From an uncultured cyanobacterium (GTDB lineage Bacteria > Cyanobacteriota > Cyanobacteriia > Cyanobacteriales > Nostocaceae), in NCBI GenBank assembly GCA_963740315.1, contig CAVUDP010000002.1, positions 3,328,001-3,392,000 of the forward strand: 64,000 nt of DNA. The letters run 5' to 3'. A program made the translations under genes and the position numbers. Position 1 is the first letter of the stretch. Every line of letters begins with the position of its first letter. The notes beneath the pieces are model-generated. The model was not told the origin of the DNA, did not search any database, and saw only the letters and a list, made by a program, of their open reading frames with translations. Below are positions 38,697-49,397 of this stretch, one piece after another.

Positions 38697-40136
38697 ATGT
38701 TTCAAGCTACTCGTCGCCGACTTGCTATTTGGTATACTGCCGTGACGGCTGTGTTACTGCTGCTGTTTGCGAGTGGAGTGTATTTGTATGTACGCAGCAC
38801 TTTGATTGAGCGGATTGACGATACTTTGAATCATGTGGTGGAAGTTGTAGAGCGATCGCTGGTTATCGAAGCTGTAAACTCGAATCAAGTTCAACTTCGC
38901 GTTAATTTAGAAGCGAGTTTCCGTGATAATCCTGATAGCCGTGACGACGATCGCATTGATTTAGAATGGTTTAGCCCTACTGGTAAGTTACTTTGGTCAA
39001 CTTTATCTGAACCATTAGATATTCCTATTCATCTCAATCGGATGGGTGAAACTGTACGAGTGGAAAGAGGGGATGAGGGGAAAAGGGGACAAGGGGATGG
39101 GGAGATAGGGAGATGGGGAGATAAACAGATGGGGGCTTCTTCTCCATTGCTGCTGCGACAAGTTAGTCAAAGAATACAAATTGGACGACAAGTTTTAGGA
39201 TATCTGCGGGTGAGTCATCCTTGGTTTGAGGTGACAAAACCTACTCGTCAGTTAATTATTGATTTGGCTTTGGGTATTAGTTTGATGTTAGTTTCTGTTG
39301 CAGCTAGCGGATGGTTTCTTGCCGGGTTAGCAATGCAACCTGTAAGAGAGTCATATCAACACCTCAAACAGTTTACCGCCGATGCTTCTCACGAGCTTAG
39401 AAGTCCGATCGCTTTAATTCAAACTAACGTACAGGTTGCTTTGAATGAGTTGGAAGTAACGCAACCACAAGACGTTAATGTAGAGCATTATCAACAACAG
39501 TTAAAGGTAGTAGAACGATTAACGCAACGTCTTGGTAAGTTAGTCAACGATTTGTTATTTTTAGCACGTCAAGATAGTAGAATCAGCGCTTACGAGTTTT
39601 CAAGTTGTCCTATTGATGCTTTGTTAATAGAGGTAGTTGAAGAACAACGATTACTAGCTGCGGAAAAAAATATTAGTCTTTCGTTGAATTTGATTGATTC
39701 TGTGGAAACCGAAACCAATCCCGAATTACTTGATGATTGGTTTACTTTCATGGGTTACTGGGAACAATTGGTACGCTTATTTACTAACTTGATTGGTAAT
39801 GCTTTACGCTACACCCAAGAAAACGGCAGAGTAGAAGTTGAATTGGCACGCCTAGAAATTTTAAATCGCTCGGTGCTGCAAATTAAAGTAAGCGATAACG
39901 GTATTGGTATTCCATCTGAAGCTTTACCACGCTTATTTGACCGTTTTTATCGAGTAGATCCAGCACGCAGCCACGCATCGGGAAATACTTTTACCAAAAA
40001 CACTGCTGGTTCTGGTTTGGGATTAGCTATCTGTCAGGCAATTATCGAAAATCATCATGGAGTTGTACAAATTGAAAGCACTTTGAGCAAAGGTACAACA
40101 GTTACTGTCACTTTGCCAATTGTTCTTGAGTCTTAA
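38697..40136 (+). CDS. two-component sensor histidine kinase, RppB/NrsS-like
   Basis: MFQATRRRLAIWY, two TM helices, FTADASHELRSP H-box, NLIGNALRY, DNGIGI, LFDRFYRVD, GSGLGL. Confidence 0.92.
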   Translation: MFQATRRRLAIWYTAVTAVLLLLFASGVYLYVRSTLIERIDDTLNHVVEVVERSLVIEAVNSNQVQLRVNLEASFRDNPDSRDDDRIDLEWFSPTGKLLWSTLSEPLDIPIHLNRMGETVRVERGDEGKRGQGDGEIGRWGDKQMGASSPLLLRQVSQRIQIGRQVLGYLRVSHPWFEVTKPTRQLIIDLALGISLMLVSVAASGWFLAGLAMQPVRESYQHLKQFTADASHELRSPIALIQTNVQVALNELEVTQPQDVNVEHYQQQLKVVERLTQRLGKLVNDLLFLARQDSRISAYEFSSCPIDALLIEVVEEQRLLAAEKNISLSLNLIDSVETETNPELLDDWFTFMGYWEQLVRLFTNLIGNALRYTQENGRVEVELARLEILNRSVLQIKVSDNGIGIPSEALPRLFDRFYRVDPARSHASGNTFTKNTAGSGLGLAICQAIIENHHGVVQIESTLSKGTTVTVTLPIVLES

Positions 40137-40460
40137 TTATTCACAGGAAAAATGTTTCGACTGACAGATACAAATTGCTTCTAGTGACAGATGCAAATGA
40201 GTAACTCTACCTACTAATGTGGTTGATAAAGCTTGAAGAATAGAATTAATCATCGATCGAGGTACTTGCAGTTTGATATCAATAGGTAATAGTTAAATAA
40301 TAGATAGGATAATTTTATCCTAACTACTTTTTAGTGCAGATTATTAACATTTACTTTTTTGATAACTTTTTTGTAGCAGCCCTACAAGTTGCCCTCTTTA
40401 CTTTTGATGAAAATAACTTCAGCTAAATATACATAAAAATAAAGCTTTCAGGAGGGTAAA

Positions 40461-41309
40461 ATGCCTATTAGTTTAAGAGAAGATGTTGCCTTTATTATAC
40501 TCAAAAAAATTAAAGATAGCGGTTCGGGAATGCACGAAATTGGCTTCACCGCAACTGACTTTACTGGTAGAGGATTAACCGAAAGTGACTTTATGGGTCA
40601 TTTAGATTATCTGAATCAAAAGCAGTATATCCAAGCAAAGTTTTCGGGAAATGCATACGCCAATCAAGAAGATGTTCCTGATGCAGTAAACCCAGATGAA
40701 GTTGGTGCTAGAGTTGCCAACACTTTCGGTGCTGAAGATGGTCCGCTTCCTCACTTAATTAAATTTGAAGAGGCAAAGTTAACCCCGAAAGGAGAAAAGT
40801 TACTTGAAAAAATGGAGGCTAATCCTCCTCAAGCTTTAGATCAAGGTCCGGCGAGTCGAATAGCTACCAAAGATATGCCTTTCTTAGAAAAGGTAATGCT
40901 TAAGGGCAGTTTAAATGATATTTTCGATGCCAGAGATATCAGCGAAGTGGTATTCCGTACCATGCGCGATATGATGACTACCGAAGCATCTGAAAGGGTT
41001 TCTCAAGAATTGCACGAGCCAGCGGAACCCACTAAAGATAAGGCTTTGCAAAATGAAATTGCCGATTTATGGAAAGACACTAACCCGATTGTGGCTTTCT
41101 TAAGCAAAGTTCGTCCGCCTTTAAAAATTAAATCTGATACTTTCTTATTCCGCATTCGTCAAGAAGGTAGTTTACAAAGGGATGTAGACGAAAAAATGGT
41201 AGTTAAAGCCGTTTTTTCAGCAACTAAAGACGAATTGTCTGAAGAGCGCATTAAGGAAATTAAAGAGTTTTTACCCGATGAAATTCTTAAATTGTGGCAA
41301 GAAGCTTAA
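40461..41309 (+). CDS. DUF2267 domain protein with N-terminal extension
   Basis: PFLEKVM...DARDISEVVFRTMRD...VKAVFSATKDELS...FLPDEILKLW; GGAGG RBS upstream. Confidence 0.8.
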   Translation: MPISLREDVAFIILKKIKDSGSGMHEIGFTATDFTGRGLTESDFMGHLDYLNQKQYIQAKFSGNAYANQEDVPDAVNPDEVGARVANTFGAEDGPLPHLIKFEEAKLTPKGEKLLEKMEANPPQALDQGPASRIATKDMPFLEKVMLKGSLNDIFDARDISEVVFRTMRDMMTTEASERVSQELHEPAEPTKDKALQNEIADLWKDTNPIVAFLSKVRPPLKIKSDTFLFRIRQEGSLQRDVDEKMVVKAVFSATKDELSEERIKEIKEFLPDEILKLWQEA

Positions 41310-41498
41310 TATTAAAAGTTAGGAGTTAGGACCACCGGAGTTATGAGTTAAAAATAATTTAACCTTTGACCTTTAACCTTTAACCCGATTGGGAGTTAGG
41401 AATTAATATAATTCCTAGCTCTTATTTTTTGGTTTAAAATACGGCGTTAGACTTAGAGGATGTTTGAAAAGTTAGGAATTAGAAATTAGGAATTAGGA

Positions 41499-41522
41499 GT
41501 ACTTCGACAAGCTCAGTAACCT
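41499..41522. repeat. small dispersed repeat GTACTTCGACAAGCTCAGTAACC inside a (TTAGGAA/G)n array
   Basis: GC-richer insert interrupting the STRR array; resembles common cyanobacterial small dispersed repeats. Confidence 0.55.
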
Positions 41523-41599
41523 TATTGAGTTAGGAATTATGTAGGAGTTAGGAATTTTTATTTCTACCCCCTCTACCCCATCTCCCAATACCCAAAAAC

Positions 41600-42688
41600 T
41601 TATTTTTTCATCATTTGAGTAACGCGATCGCGCAACATCACTTCTTTTCTGCTGTCTTCAAGGGTTTTTGCTAAAGTAATTGCTCTTTCGTAAAAGTTAC
41701 GGGCTGTAGAGTAATTACCAAGTTTCTCGTATATTTGAGCGTAGGATTCAAAGGAATTTAATTCTTCCCGCAGGTTTCGCAAGTCTTTTGCAATTGCTAG
41801 CCGTTTTTCTAATAATTCAATTGCACTATTGTACCGTCCTACCGAACCATAAGCAGTTACTAATCCATCAATTGCTCGTAATTGATTCTGGTTATCTCGT
41901 GTTGTTTTGGCTAGTCTTAATGCTGCTCCATAAGTACTCACTACGTCTTGATAAGTACCGACGAGTGCGTAAGCTTCACCTAGATTATTTAAAGTATTTG
42001 CTTCACCGATCGGATCGCCTGTTTTTCGCCGATAATTAAGAGCATTCTTATAAAGTTTAACCGCTTTATTGTAATCACCTACTCTTGCTGATGCTAATCC
42101 CAAATTACTCAAAGATATTCCGTAACCTTCAGTGCTGTTAAGGTTTTGAGAAATTCTTAATGCTTGTTCAAAAGTTTGCAAAGCAGTTTTAAATTCGCCT
42201 TTTTGTAGCAGTAAAGTACCGATATTATTTAGCGCAAAAATCTGACTTTGAAAATCTTTGGTGTCGCGGGCGATCGCCAATCTTCTCCGGATAGCGTCTT
42301 CGGCTTTTTTATACTGCTTTAGCTGCACGTAACCTTTACCTAAAAATTCGTAGGTTAAACCAAGTGCATCCAAATCGCCGATTGAATGATAAATTTCTTG
42401 TGCCTGCAATAAAGACTCTACTGCTTTGTCGGGGTTTCCCTGGATATGTTGTGTTTCACCCAAACGCAGCAAAGTATCTGCTTCATCTCTCGATTGCAAT
42501 AAGACTTTTTTATCTATCGCCGGATAATGTAGTTGTTCGGTAATGTCAGCGGCAGTAGCAACTATAGGACTTAACAATAAAGAAAATAGTAAAAAACTCA
42601 AAGCATTACGCAGTTTTAAAGACGATTGCTTTCGAGTGTATGGTGATGGTTGAATTTTGACGAATGCTAGTAGATTCCACTGTTTCAT
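41600..42688 (-). CDS. tetratricopeptide repeat protein, probably secreted
   Basis: Hydrophobic N-terminal segment, then repeated LNNIG/LSNLG/LNNLG TPR units. Confidence 0.9.
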   Translation of the reverse strand: MKQWNLLAFVKIQPSPYTRKQSSLKLRNALSFLLFSLLLSPIVATAADITEQLHYPAIDKKVLLQSRDEADTLLRLGETQHIQGNPDKAVESLLQAQEIYHSIGDLDALGLTYEFLGKGYVQLKQYKKAEDAIRRRLAIARDTKDFQSQIFALNNIGTLLLQKGEFKTALQTFEQALRISQNLNSTEGYGISLSNLGLASARVGDYNKAVKLYKNALNYRRKTGDPIGEANTLNNLGEAYALVGTYQDVVSTYGAALRLAKTTRDNQNQLRAIDGLVTAYGSVGRYNSAIELLEKRLAIAKDLRNLREELNSFESYAQIYEKLGNYSTARNFYERAITLAKTLEDSRKEVMLRDRVTQMMKK

Positions 42689-42778
42689 ATAAATTTCCCG
42701 TGAAAAATTAGTTTTAAGTAAAAGAATTTACAAAAAAAGGAAATCATTACCAGCATGAATTCGTAAATATCCGCATTT

Positions 42779-43417
42779 TCACGCAGGTACGGGTTGAAGG
42801 AAATTTTCACCCAAATATATGGTACGGATGTCTGCTGGTAATTTTTCTTCTAGCATACGATAACCTTGTTGCAGAAAATTTGCTACTTCGTTTGGAGAAA
42901 TACCTTCTCCTTCTGCTTGTAAATAAGCAGCAATCCTCGTTTCACTCCAATGGAAAGTTTGAGCCATTAAGACCATCAATCTTAACATAGGTGGTAATTG
43001 ATCCAATGCCTGTTCTACGTAGCACCACAGGGGCGGAGAAGTAGTCTTCAGGGAATAATGAATGCTTTCAGTAGGTGGTACTTCTGTTTCGTTGATACAG
43101 TAAGCAGTCATATTAATCAGCCAGTTTTGTAAAGTCATAGCTGGGGCATCGGCTTCTCCACTCTCTAAATTTACTGCCCCTACTTGGTAGTAAATATGTC
43201 GCCAAGTCATGGCAAATAAATAATCAGCTTGTACTGGCGATCGCGCAGAATGCATAATCAAGGTGTAGACGATTGGACTGTATCGGCAAAAAATCGCCGT
43301 AAAGTACCTTCCTGCGTCTGGATGCTGTGCGAACAAAGTTATAAGTTCTCGATCGCTCTTATTGAACAGTGACTTAACTAAGGGGTGGTTGGATTCTGGG
43401 AAATGAGGAATTTGCAC
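42779..43417 (-). CDS. sigma-70-like (ECF-type) protein
   Basis: FTAIFCRYSPIVY, LQNWL (region 2-like); ALDQLPP...WSETRIAAYL (region 4-like HTH); GTG start. Confidence 0.7.
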   Translation of the reverse strand: MQIPHFPESNHPLVKSLFNKSDRELITLFAQHPDAGRYFTAIFCRYSPIVYTLIMHSARSPVQADYLFAMTWRHIYYQVGAVNLESGEADAPAMTLQNWLINMTAYCINETEVPPTESIHYSLKTTSPPLWCYVEQALDQLPPMLRLMVLMAQTFHWSETRIAAYLQAEGEGISPNEVANFLQQGYRMLEEKLPADIRTIYLGENFLQPVPA

Positions 43418-43619
43418 AGTCTTTTTGGGTCTATATTGCTAGAATTATTTTAGAAATGTAATATTTTTCGTTAACCGCATAATATCTTGGTGTTGATGTG
43501 TTTAGCACTAACAGCTTGATTAGAAGTTTAAATAGACTAGAAGCATGTGATGCTTAGACTATGTAATTTAAGTCTTAATTGAGCCTTGTTAGCAACAGCT
43601 TTCTTATATATTTATTGAT

Positions 43620-44210
43620 TTGTTCATGGTTATATCAGTTGACACAATCCCGTATTTGTTTACTCCGACTACTTTAGGTTCTTTTCTGCCCTTAGATAGC
43701 TTGTTCTCCACACAGGGGATTATGGTAATGCTACTAGCAGCTTATGCTGGTGCAATGTGGATGTTCCTTACCAGCGCCCCAAAGGTACATACTATTATGG
43801 TTTCGGATCTCGAAATTGCCAGAGATTTGTACGAAGGGCTGTTAGATTTACCAGCGGCGGAAGTACCTTTGCACTATTATTACAATTACGAACAAACAAT
43901 CGGCGCAACGGGAATCGATCCCATGTATTTAGGCAGCAGTCCAAGTTATGCTACCAAAATGCCTAATGCTACTGAAGGACTTTGGTATCAACTTAAGAAA
44001 AATACTCAGCTACATGTAATTACTGGAGCTAGTTTAGGTAACAAAAGCCAGCAGCGTCACGTATGTTTCGATCGTGAATGTTTGGAGATGGTTTTACTAA
44101 GAGTTGAAACACGCGGTTTAAAATTTAAAATTCGCAATCGCAAGCCGCTAAATTTTTTGCTCAAAGATTATGAAGGGCGCGTTGTTGAAATGGCGGAAGT
44201 TGCGAATTAA
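43620..44210 (+). CDS. glyoxalase/VOC-like protein with N-terminal TM helix
   Basis: VHTIMVSDLEIARDLYEGLL, QLHVI, RHVCFD, KDYEGRVVEM; exact start uncertain. Confidence 0.8.
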   Translation: MFMVISVDTIPYLFTPTTLGSFLPLDSLFSTQGIMVMLLAAYAGAMWMFLTSAPKVHTIMVSDLEIARDLYEGLLDLPAAEVPLHYYYNYEQTIGATGIDPMYLGSSPSYATKMPNATEGLWYQLKKNTQLHVITGASLGNKSQQRHVCFDRECLEMVLLRVETRGLKFKIRNRKPLNFLLKDYEGRVVEMAEVAN

Positions 44211-44228
44211 TTTAAGATTGCCGGAATC

Positions 44229-44280
44229 TCTCGTTACAAGGTAGAACCTTGTAACGCATTTCATAGAGGCTCTGCCTCCA
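44229..44280. repeat. REP-like palindromes CGTTACAAGGTAGAACCTTGTAACG and GAGGCTCTGCCTC
   Basis: Two adjacent hairpins between convergent genes. Confidence 0.65.
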
Positions 44281-44351
44281 CAATAAACCGAAGGCATTCG
44301 CTTCTATATAGAGGTTCCCTTTTCTTAATTTGTGAACCAGTAAAGAATATT

Positions 44352-44828
44352 TTACGTCTCTACAAGTTCAAAAATCTGTTCTAATCTATTTACCAATTGT
44401 TCGGCTAAATCTAATAAATCCACAGCATCATTTTCATCATAAAAATTGCGATCGCTATTTCTACAACTTGCGCTTTCTACTAAAACGGTTTTGATTGCAA
44501 ATACTCGATTTTCTTGTCCGCATTTGAGACAATCTTCTAACTGACTCGCAATTTCTTGGAGCTTGCTACCCTGTAACTGCTTTCTGACGCTAACAGCTAC
44601 CCAATCATCACTTGACAAAAAATTAGTTACGGATTCAACAAAATTAATTTGCGTCGTTTCATCTTCATCCCACTTTTCTAACCAATCTCCATCTACATCT
44701 TCAGCATACAAATAAGCTGCTTCGAGTCCATACCTAACTATGTCATTTTGTAATTTTTGAGCCGCTTCTACGGATTCTATAAACTTGTCTAATCTCTTCT
44801 GAGTGTCAATTGACATTTCTTTTACCAT
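44352..44828 (-). CDS. acidic hypothetical protein
   Basis: 158 aa, D/E-rich, 46 bp downstream of 44875..45570. Confidence 0.7.
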   Translation of the reverse strand: MVKEMSIDTQKRLDKFIESVEAAQKLQNDIVRYGLEAAYLYAEDVDGDWLEKWDEDETTQINFVESVTNFLSSDDWVAVSVRKQLQGSKLQEIASQLEDCLKCGQENRVFAIKTVLVESASCRNSDRNFYDENDAVDLLDLAEQLVNRLEQIFELVET

Positions 44829-44874
44829 TCTGACTCAAAATTATTAAGAGATATTGCTTTACTTGAACTAAAAG

Positions 44875-45570
44875 CTAAAAATTAAATGTTAAATAAACAC
44901 CTGTTTCCAAATTATTGCTGTTGTATAGCGTTACATTAACTATTCTGTCTACAAAATCAGTTACACCCGGATTGTAACTTAATAGCAATCCTTTATCTAT
45001 CTTCCAGAAACGTAATGTAGATTCCCAATTGTTAGATTTTTCTTGATAAAATTCTTCACTTAAGCTAGTAAGTTGAACGCAAAGAGGTTTATCATACCCG
45101 CTACTTACGATTATATCGGTTGCCATTGAGAGGTCGGCGATGTATCTTTTTACAACAGTACCTCCACGACGCTGAATATTATTTACTACGGATGCAATTA
45201 AATCGGCATCTTCCCCGGAAAATTCACCCGACTTTAATTTTTGTCTCCAAATATAAAATTTAGAGTCATTTTCGCTAAGCCATTTAGGAAATAAGTAACT
45301 GTACCAAAATTTCAAACTTGGTTTAAGCGCATCAAAAGCTGCTTGCTGTTCTTCATAAGTAGGTAAAGATTTAACTCTCAGCCAAGCTTCAGAATCTCTA
45401 ATTACTTGTTCTAAAAATAGAATGACAAATTTTTTAGCAGTTAACGATCCAGGTTTTAAGTCTTTTACCCAACGATTTATTTCATCTAATCTTCTCGCCA
45501 AATTTGGGTCTACTATAGATGCTTCCCTTATAAGATATTTTAACCTATTTTTGATATCTTTTGCTTGCAA
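44875..45570 (-). CDS. hypothetical protein with possible PD-(D/E)xK-like nuclease C-terminus
   Basis: 231 aa, TTG start; ADLSMATDIIVS...PLCVQLT pattern. Confidence 0.6.
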   Translation of the reverse strand: MQAKDIKNRLKYLIREASIVDPNLARRLDEINRWVKDLKPGSLTAKKFVILFLEQVIRDSEAWLRVKSLPTYEEQQAAFDALKPSLKFWYSYLFPKWLSENDSKFYIWRQKLKSGEFSGEDADLIASVVNNIQRRGGTVVKRYIADLSMATDIIVSSGYDKPLCVQLTSLSEEFYQEKSNNWESTLRFWKIDKGLLLSYNPGVTDFVDRIVNVTLYNSNNLETGVYLTFNF

Positions 45571-45676
45571 AAAATGATATCCCTCGCATCCTAAACTTGG
45601 ATTTTAGCTTTTTGATTTCATTAACTATATATAAAGTAAAAACGGTGCGTTAGGCAATACCAAACGCACCTGTAAT

Positions 45677-47203
45677 TTATGATTCCGCAGTATTTTCTGC
45701 TTCTGGATTTTCTGGCTTAAGTAGGGGAAAGGCGATAACATCCCGAATACTTGCCGAATCAGTCAATAACATGACTAAGCGATCGATACCAATACCCAAA
45801 CCACCTGTAGGAGGCATACCGTATTCTAAGGCGGTGAGGAAGTCTTCATCGACACCTTGGGCTTCTAAGTCTCCCGCAGCTTTCCTGGCTGCTTGTTCTT
45901 CCAAACGTTGACGCTGGTCGATCGGATCGGTAAGCTCGGAGAAGCTATTCGCAGTTTCTCTTCCTACCATATATAATTCAAATCGTTCCACCAAACCGGG
46001 TTTAGAACGATGGGGTTTTGCTAAAGGCGAAATTTCAACGGGGAAATCAGTTACAAATGTAGGTTGAATGAGATTTTCTTCCACTTTTTGTTCAAAGGCT
46101 TCATTCAGAAGTTTACCCACAGAAGGGCAATCATCTATACCTTCAATACCAGCAGTTTTACAGGCAGCTTTGGCTTCATCTAAATTTTGGCAAGAATTAA
46201 AATCTACACCCGAATATTCTTTCACCAACTCATGCATTGTGACTCGCCGCCAAGCAGGAGTCAGTTCGACTTCAGTTCCTTGGTAATTAATTTTTAGCGT
46301 ACCGATAACTTCTTGAGCGACGGTAGTAATAATACCTTCCGTCAAATCCATCATATCGTTGTAATCGGCGTAAGCTTGGTAAAGTTCAATAGTAGTAAAT
46401 TCCGGATTGTGACGGGTAGAAATGCCCTCATTGCGGAAAATTCGTCCTAATTCAAAAACTTTTTCAAACCCACCGACAATTAACCGCTTCAAATGAAGTT
46501 CGGTAGCAATGCGTAAATACAGCTGCATTTCCAGCGTATTGTGGTAAGTGATAAACGGACGTGCATCCGCACCCCCAGCTTCACTTTGCATTACCGGAGT
46601 TTCAATTTCAATAAATCCCCGCTCGTCTAAATAGCGGCGAATTCCAGCAGTAATCAAAGCTCGACGGCGAAAAGTTTGTCGTACCTCCGGGTTAACCATC
46701 AGATCGACATAACGCTGACGATAACGTTTGGTGATATCAGTTAACCCATGCCATTTGTCGGGTAAAGGCAATAGGGATTTAGTCAGAATACTATATTGTT
46801 TAACGTAAACCGATAACTCGCCCTTTTCAGTCCGTTTTATAGTTCCTTTCGCTCCTAGAATATCGCCCATATCCGTAAGCTGTTTGAGATTTTTGAAAGC
46901 GTCGGCATCCATATCCGCCATACTTTCAGAAATGCGCTTCTTCTCCAAATAAAGCTGAATAGTGCCAGTTTCATCCTGCAAAGTGAAAAACGCCAGCTTA
47001 CCCATGACACGACGTGCCATAATTCTTCCTGCGATCGCCACTTCAAAATCAACTTCTTCACCGTTAGCGATATCGGCGAATTTCTCTTGTAACTCACCCG
47101 CGTGATGGGTTACTTCCCAGCTATAAGCATAGGGATTCATTCCCTGCTGTCTTAGCTGCTCTACTTTTTCTAGCCTTGTGGCGCGGATATCTTCTTCCGA
47201 CAT
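45677..47203 (-). CDS. lysS: lysine--tRNA ligase (class II)
   Basis: [61 protein letters not shown]. Confidence 0.98.
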   Translation of the reverse strand: MSEEDIRATRLEKVEQLRQQGMNPYAYSWEVTHHAGELQEKFADIANGEEVDFEVAIAGRIMARRVMGKLAFFTLQDETGTIQLYLEKKRISESMADMDADAFKNLKQLTDMGDILGAKGTIKRTEKGELSVYVKQYSILTKSLLPLPDKWHGLTDITKRYRQRYVDLMVNPEVRQTFRRRALITAGIRRYLDERGFIEIETPVMQSEAGGADARPFITYHNTLEMQLYLRIATELHLKRLIVGGFEKVFELGRIFRNEGISTRHNPEFTTIELYQAYADYNDMMDLTEGIITTVAQEVIGTLKINYQGTEVELTPAWRRVTMHELVKEYSGVDFNSCQNLDEAKAACKTAGIEGIDDCPSVGKLLNEAFEQKVEENLIQPTFVTDFPVEISPLAKPHRSKPGLVERFELYMVGRETANSFSELTDPIDQRQRLEEQAARKAAGDLEAQGVDEDFLTALEYGMPPTGGLGIGIDRLVMLLTDSASIRDVIAFPLLKPENPEAENTAES

Positions 47204-47302
47204 GGTTTACGAACTTACGAGCGGCAAGATTTAATTATAGTTCTCTGCCCGCATTGTACATTGAGAATAGTTGGGAAAGCTTTTTCATTTGGACTATAAA
47301 TT

Positions 47303-47548
47303 ATGAACTGGCAAGATTACATTCATTCCGATCCCCAAGTAAGCTTGGGAAAACCGACGGTGAAGGGTACTAGGATATCGGTTGAGTTTTTGTTGGGATT
47401 GTTTGCTGTAGGTTGGACACAAGAGCGAATACTAGAAAACTATCCTACTCTTACCCCACAAGCATTGCGGGCGGTATTTGCTTTTACTGCTGAGTGTATA
47501 CGCGAAGAATCTTTATATACTCTCCCCTTATTATCTGAGGCTGGTTGA
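47303..47548 (+). CDS. DUF433 family antitoxin
   Basis: DPQVSLGKPTVKGTRISVE...ILENYPTLT. Confidence 0.92.
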   Translation: MNWQDYIHSDPQVSLGKPTVKGTRISVEFLLGLFAVGWTQERILENYPTLTPQALRAVFAFTAECIREESLYTLPLLSEAG

Positions 47549-47910
47549 TGCGGTTTTTAGCAAATGAAAATTTTCCCAAAGCAAGTGTTATAAAATTACG
47601 CTCGGCTAATTATGATGTAGCATATGGCAGCGAAGATGCTCCTGGCGCGAAGGATTCTGAAGTACTTGCACGCGCAGTTGATGAAGAACGAATTATTTTG
47701 ACATTTGACCGAGATTATGGTGAATTAACTTACCGTCTGAGAATGCCTTCACCAATTGGTATTGTTTATTTCCGTTATTTTCCTGCAACACCGGAGGAGC
47801 CAGCAGAGGATTTAATTCGTTTATTAAATAGTGAAAAAATATCTTTAGAAGGATTTTTTACTGTTTACGAACGCAATCACATACGTCAACGTTCGTTACC
47901 TCAAGTTTAG
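47548..47910 (+). CDS. DUF5615 PIN-like toxin
   Basis: MRFLANENFP, GAKDSEVL, RIILTFDRDYGEL; TGATG overlap with DUF433. Confidence 0.9.
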   Translation: MRFLANENFPKASVIKLRSANYDVAYGSEDAPGAKDSEVLARAVDEERIILTFDRDYGELTYRLRMPSPIGIVYFRYFPATPEEPAEDLIRLLNSEKISLEGFFTVYERNHIRQRSLPQV

Positions 47911-48171
47911 ATAAATTTATGCTTCTATAAAGTAAGTAAGTACCTAGCGATTATAAATAGTAGTTACACAAGCTTTCGTTTTGCGAAGGGCTGTTTCTGT
48001 GACTACATGATAGTCCTATCTCGGCTTGCGGAGAGAGGATTGCATATGAGCTTCCTAATTCTATTCAGCATTGTATTTTTTATATCTTTAAACTCAGAAA
48101 TAATTCAGTAATAATTCTATAACTTAAGCTTAAAAACGATGCAAGCTAAGTTACAAATATAGATTATTTCT

Positions 48172-49125
48172 ATGGAAAACAAAAAGCAGTTGATAAGATG
48201 CGTTGAATTTGTGTCGGAAGAACTTGATGCCGATCTTTTTCTATATAGTGCTGAAATTACAGATTTAAATGCTGATAAATTAATTAATGAAATTAAACAA
48301 ACGTCACCGAGAAGAGATAATGTAGTCTTAATTATGACTACTTATGGTGGCGATCCGGATGCAGCTTTTAGAATCGCTCGTTACATCAAGAGAAAATATA
48401 AAAAGTTTAGTTTATTTGTATTTGGCTATTGTAAAAGTGCCGGTACTTTATTGGCATTGGGAGCGGATGAAATTGTTATTTCCGATTTTGGTGAATTAGG
48501 TCCTCTTGATGTCCAAGTTACCAAAGATGACGATTTTAGAAGCGAGTCTGTATTAGATATCCAACAGGCACTAACTGTAATTGGTTCTCAAGCTTTTGAA
48601 ATGTTTGAGAGTTATTTATTAAATTTAATTTCTGGAACTCAAGCGCTGATAACTACCAAGACGGCAGCAGATATTGCTAGTTCGATGGCAGTTAATTTAT
48701 TATCTCCGATTTCCAGTCAAATTGACCCATTAAGATTGGGTGAAATGAATAGATTGATGAATATTGCTTTAGCTTACGGGCAAAGATTAAAGCCAGAAGG
48801 TATTGAAGTTATCAAAAATCTGATTTATAACTATCCTTCTCATAGTTTTGTAATTGACTATGAAGAAGCCAAAAAATTATTTGATTGCGTTAGAGAACCT
48901 GACGATTTAGAGTCAGAATTGTCAGAAATGATATTTCCTTTGGTACGTAAACCTTCTTCTACAGAAATAATATTGAATTTAGAAAAATTAAGTGAAGAAA
49001 ATGAAGAAAATTCACATAGAAATAACCCAGATAGGCAAAGAAATGCGGAAGAATCAGTTTTTACTGACGATGGAAAGGATGAAGCGGTTGAAGGAAATAT
49101 CTTACCCTTTGATAAAAGGCAGTGA
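48172..49125 (+). CDS. SDH family (ClpP-fold) serine protease
   Basis: TTYGGDPDAA, CKSAGTLLALGADEI, GELGPLDVQ, YPSHSFVID; acidic tail. Confidence 0.85.
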   Translation: MENKKQLIRCVEFVSEELDADLFLYSAEITDLNADKLINEIKQTSPRRDNVVLIMTTYGGDPDAAFRIARYIKRKYKKFSLFVFGYCKSAGTLLALGADEIVISDFGELGPLDVQVTKDDDFRSESVLDIQQALTVIGSQAFEMFESYLLNLISGTQALITTKTAADIASSMAVNLLSPISSQIDPLRLGEMNRLMNIALAYGQRLKPEGIEVIKNLIYNYPSHSFVIDYEEAKKLFDCVREPDDLESELSEMIFPLVRKPSSTEIILNLEKLSEENEENSHRNNPDRQRNAEESVFTDDGKDEAVEGNILPFDKRQ

Positions 49126-49203
49126 AACCAAAAAAAATTCTGTAGCTTCCACAAAAACTATATTTAAGATTTTGCAAAAGTAAGGTTTGGGGACTATCAA
49201 AAA

Positions 49204-49397
49204 ATATTGTTGGTTTATTAGAATAGGACTTACGCAAGCCCCCCAATAATACGGTAGGGCTGATTCATTCGACAAGGAATGTAAATTGTCAATATGATTT
49301 GAGCAATGCTCAGAAGTCGGGTTTTTATAAAAATGTCAGGTTGTTACAGATACTCTCACATAAAAACCCGACTTCTCATATTGTTGGTTTATTAGAA
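49204..49397. mobile_element. insertion-scar-like segment: 20-bp direct repeats enclosing an AGGACTTACGCA motif and a 17-bp inverted repeat
   Basis: ATATTGTTGGTTTATTAGAA at 49204 and 49378; AGAAGTCGGGTTTTTAT (49312) / ATAAAAACCCGACTTCT (49360). Confidence 0.55.
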
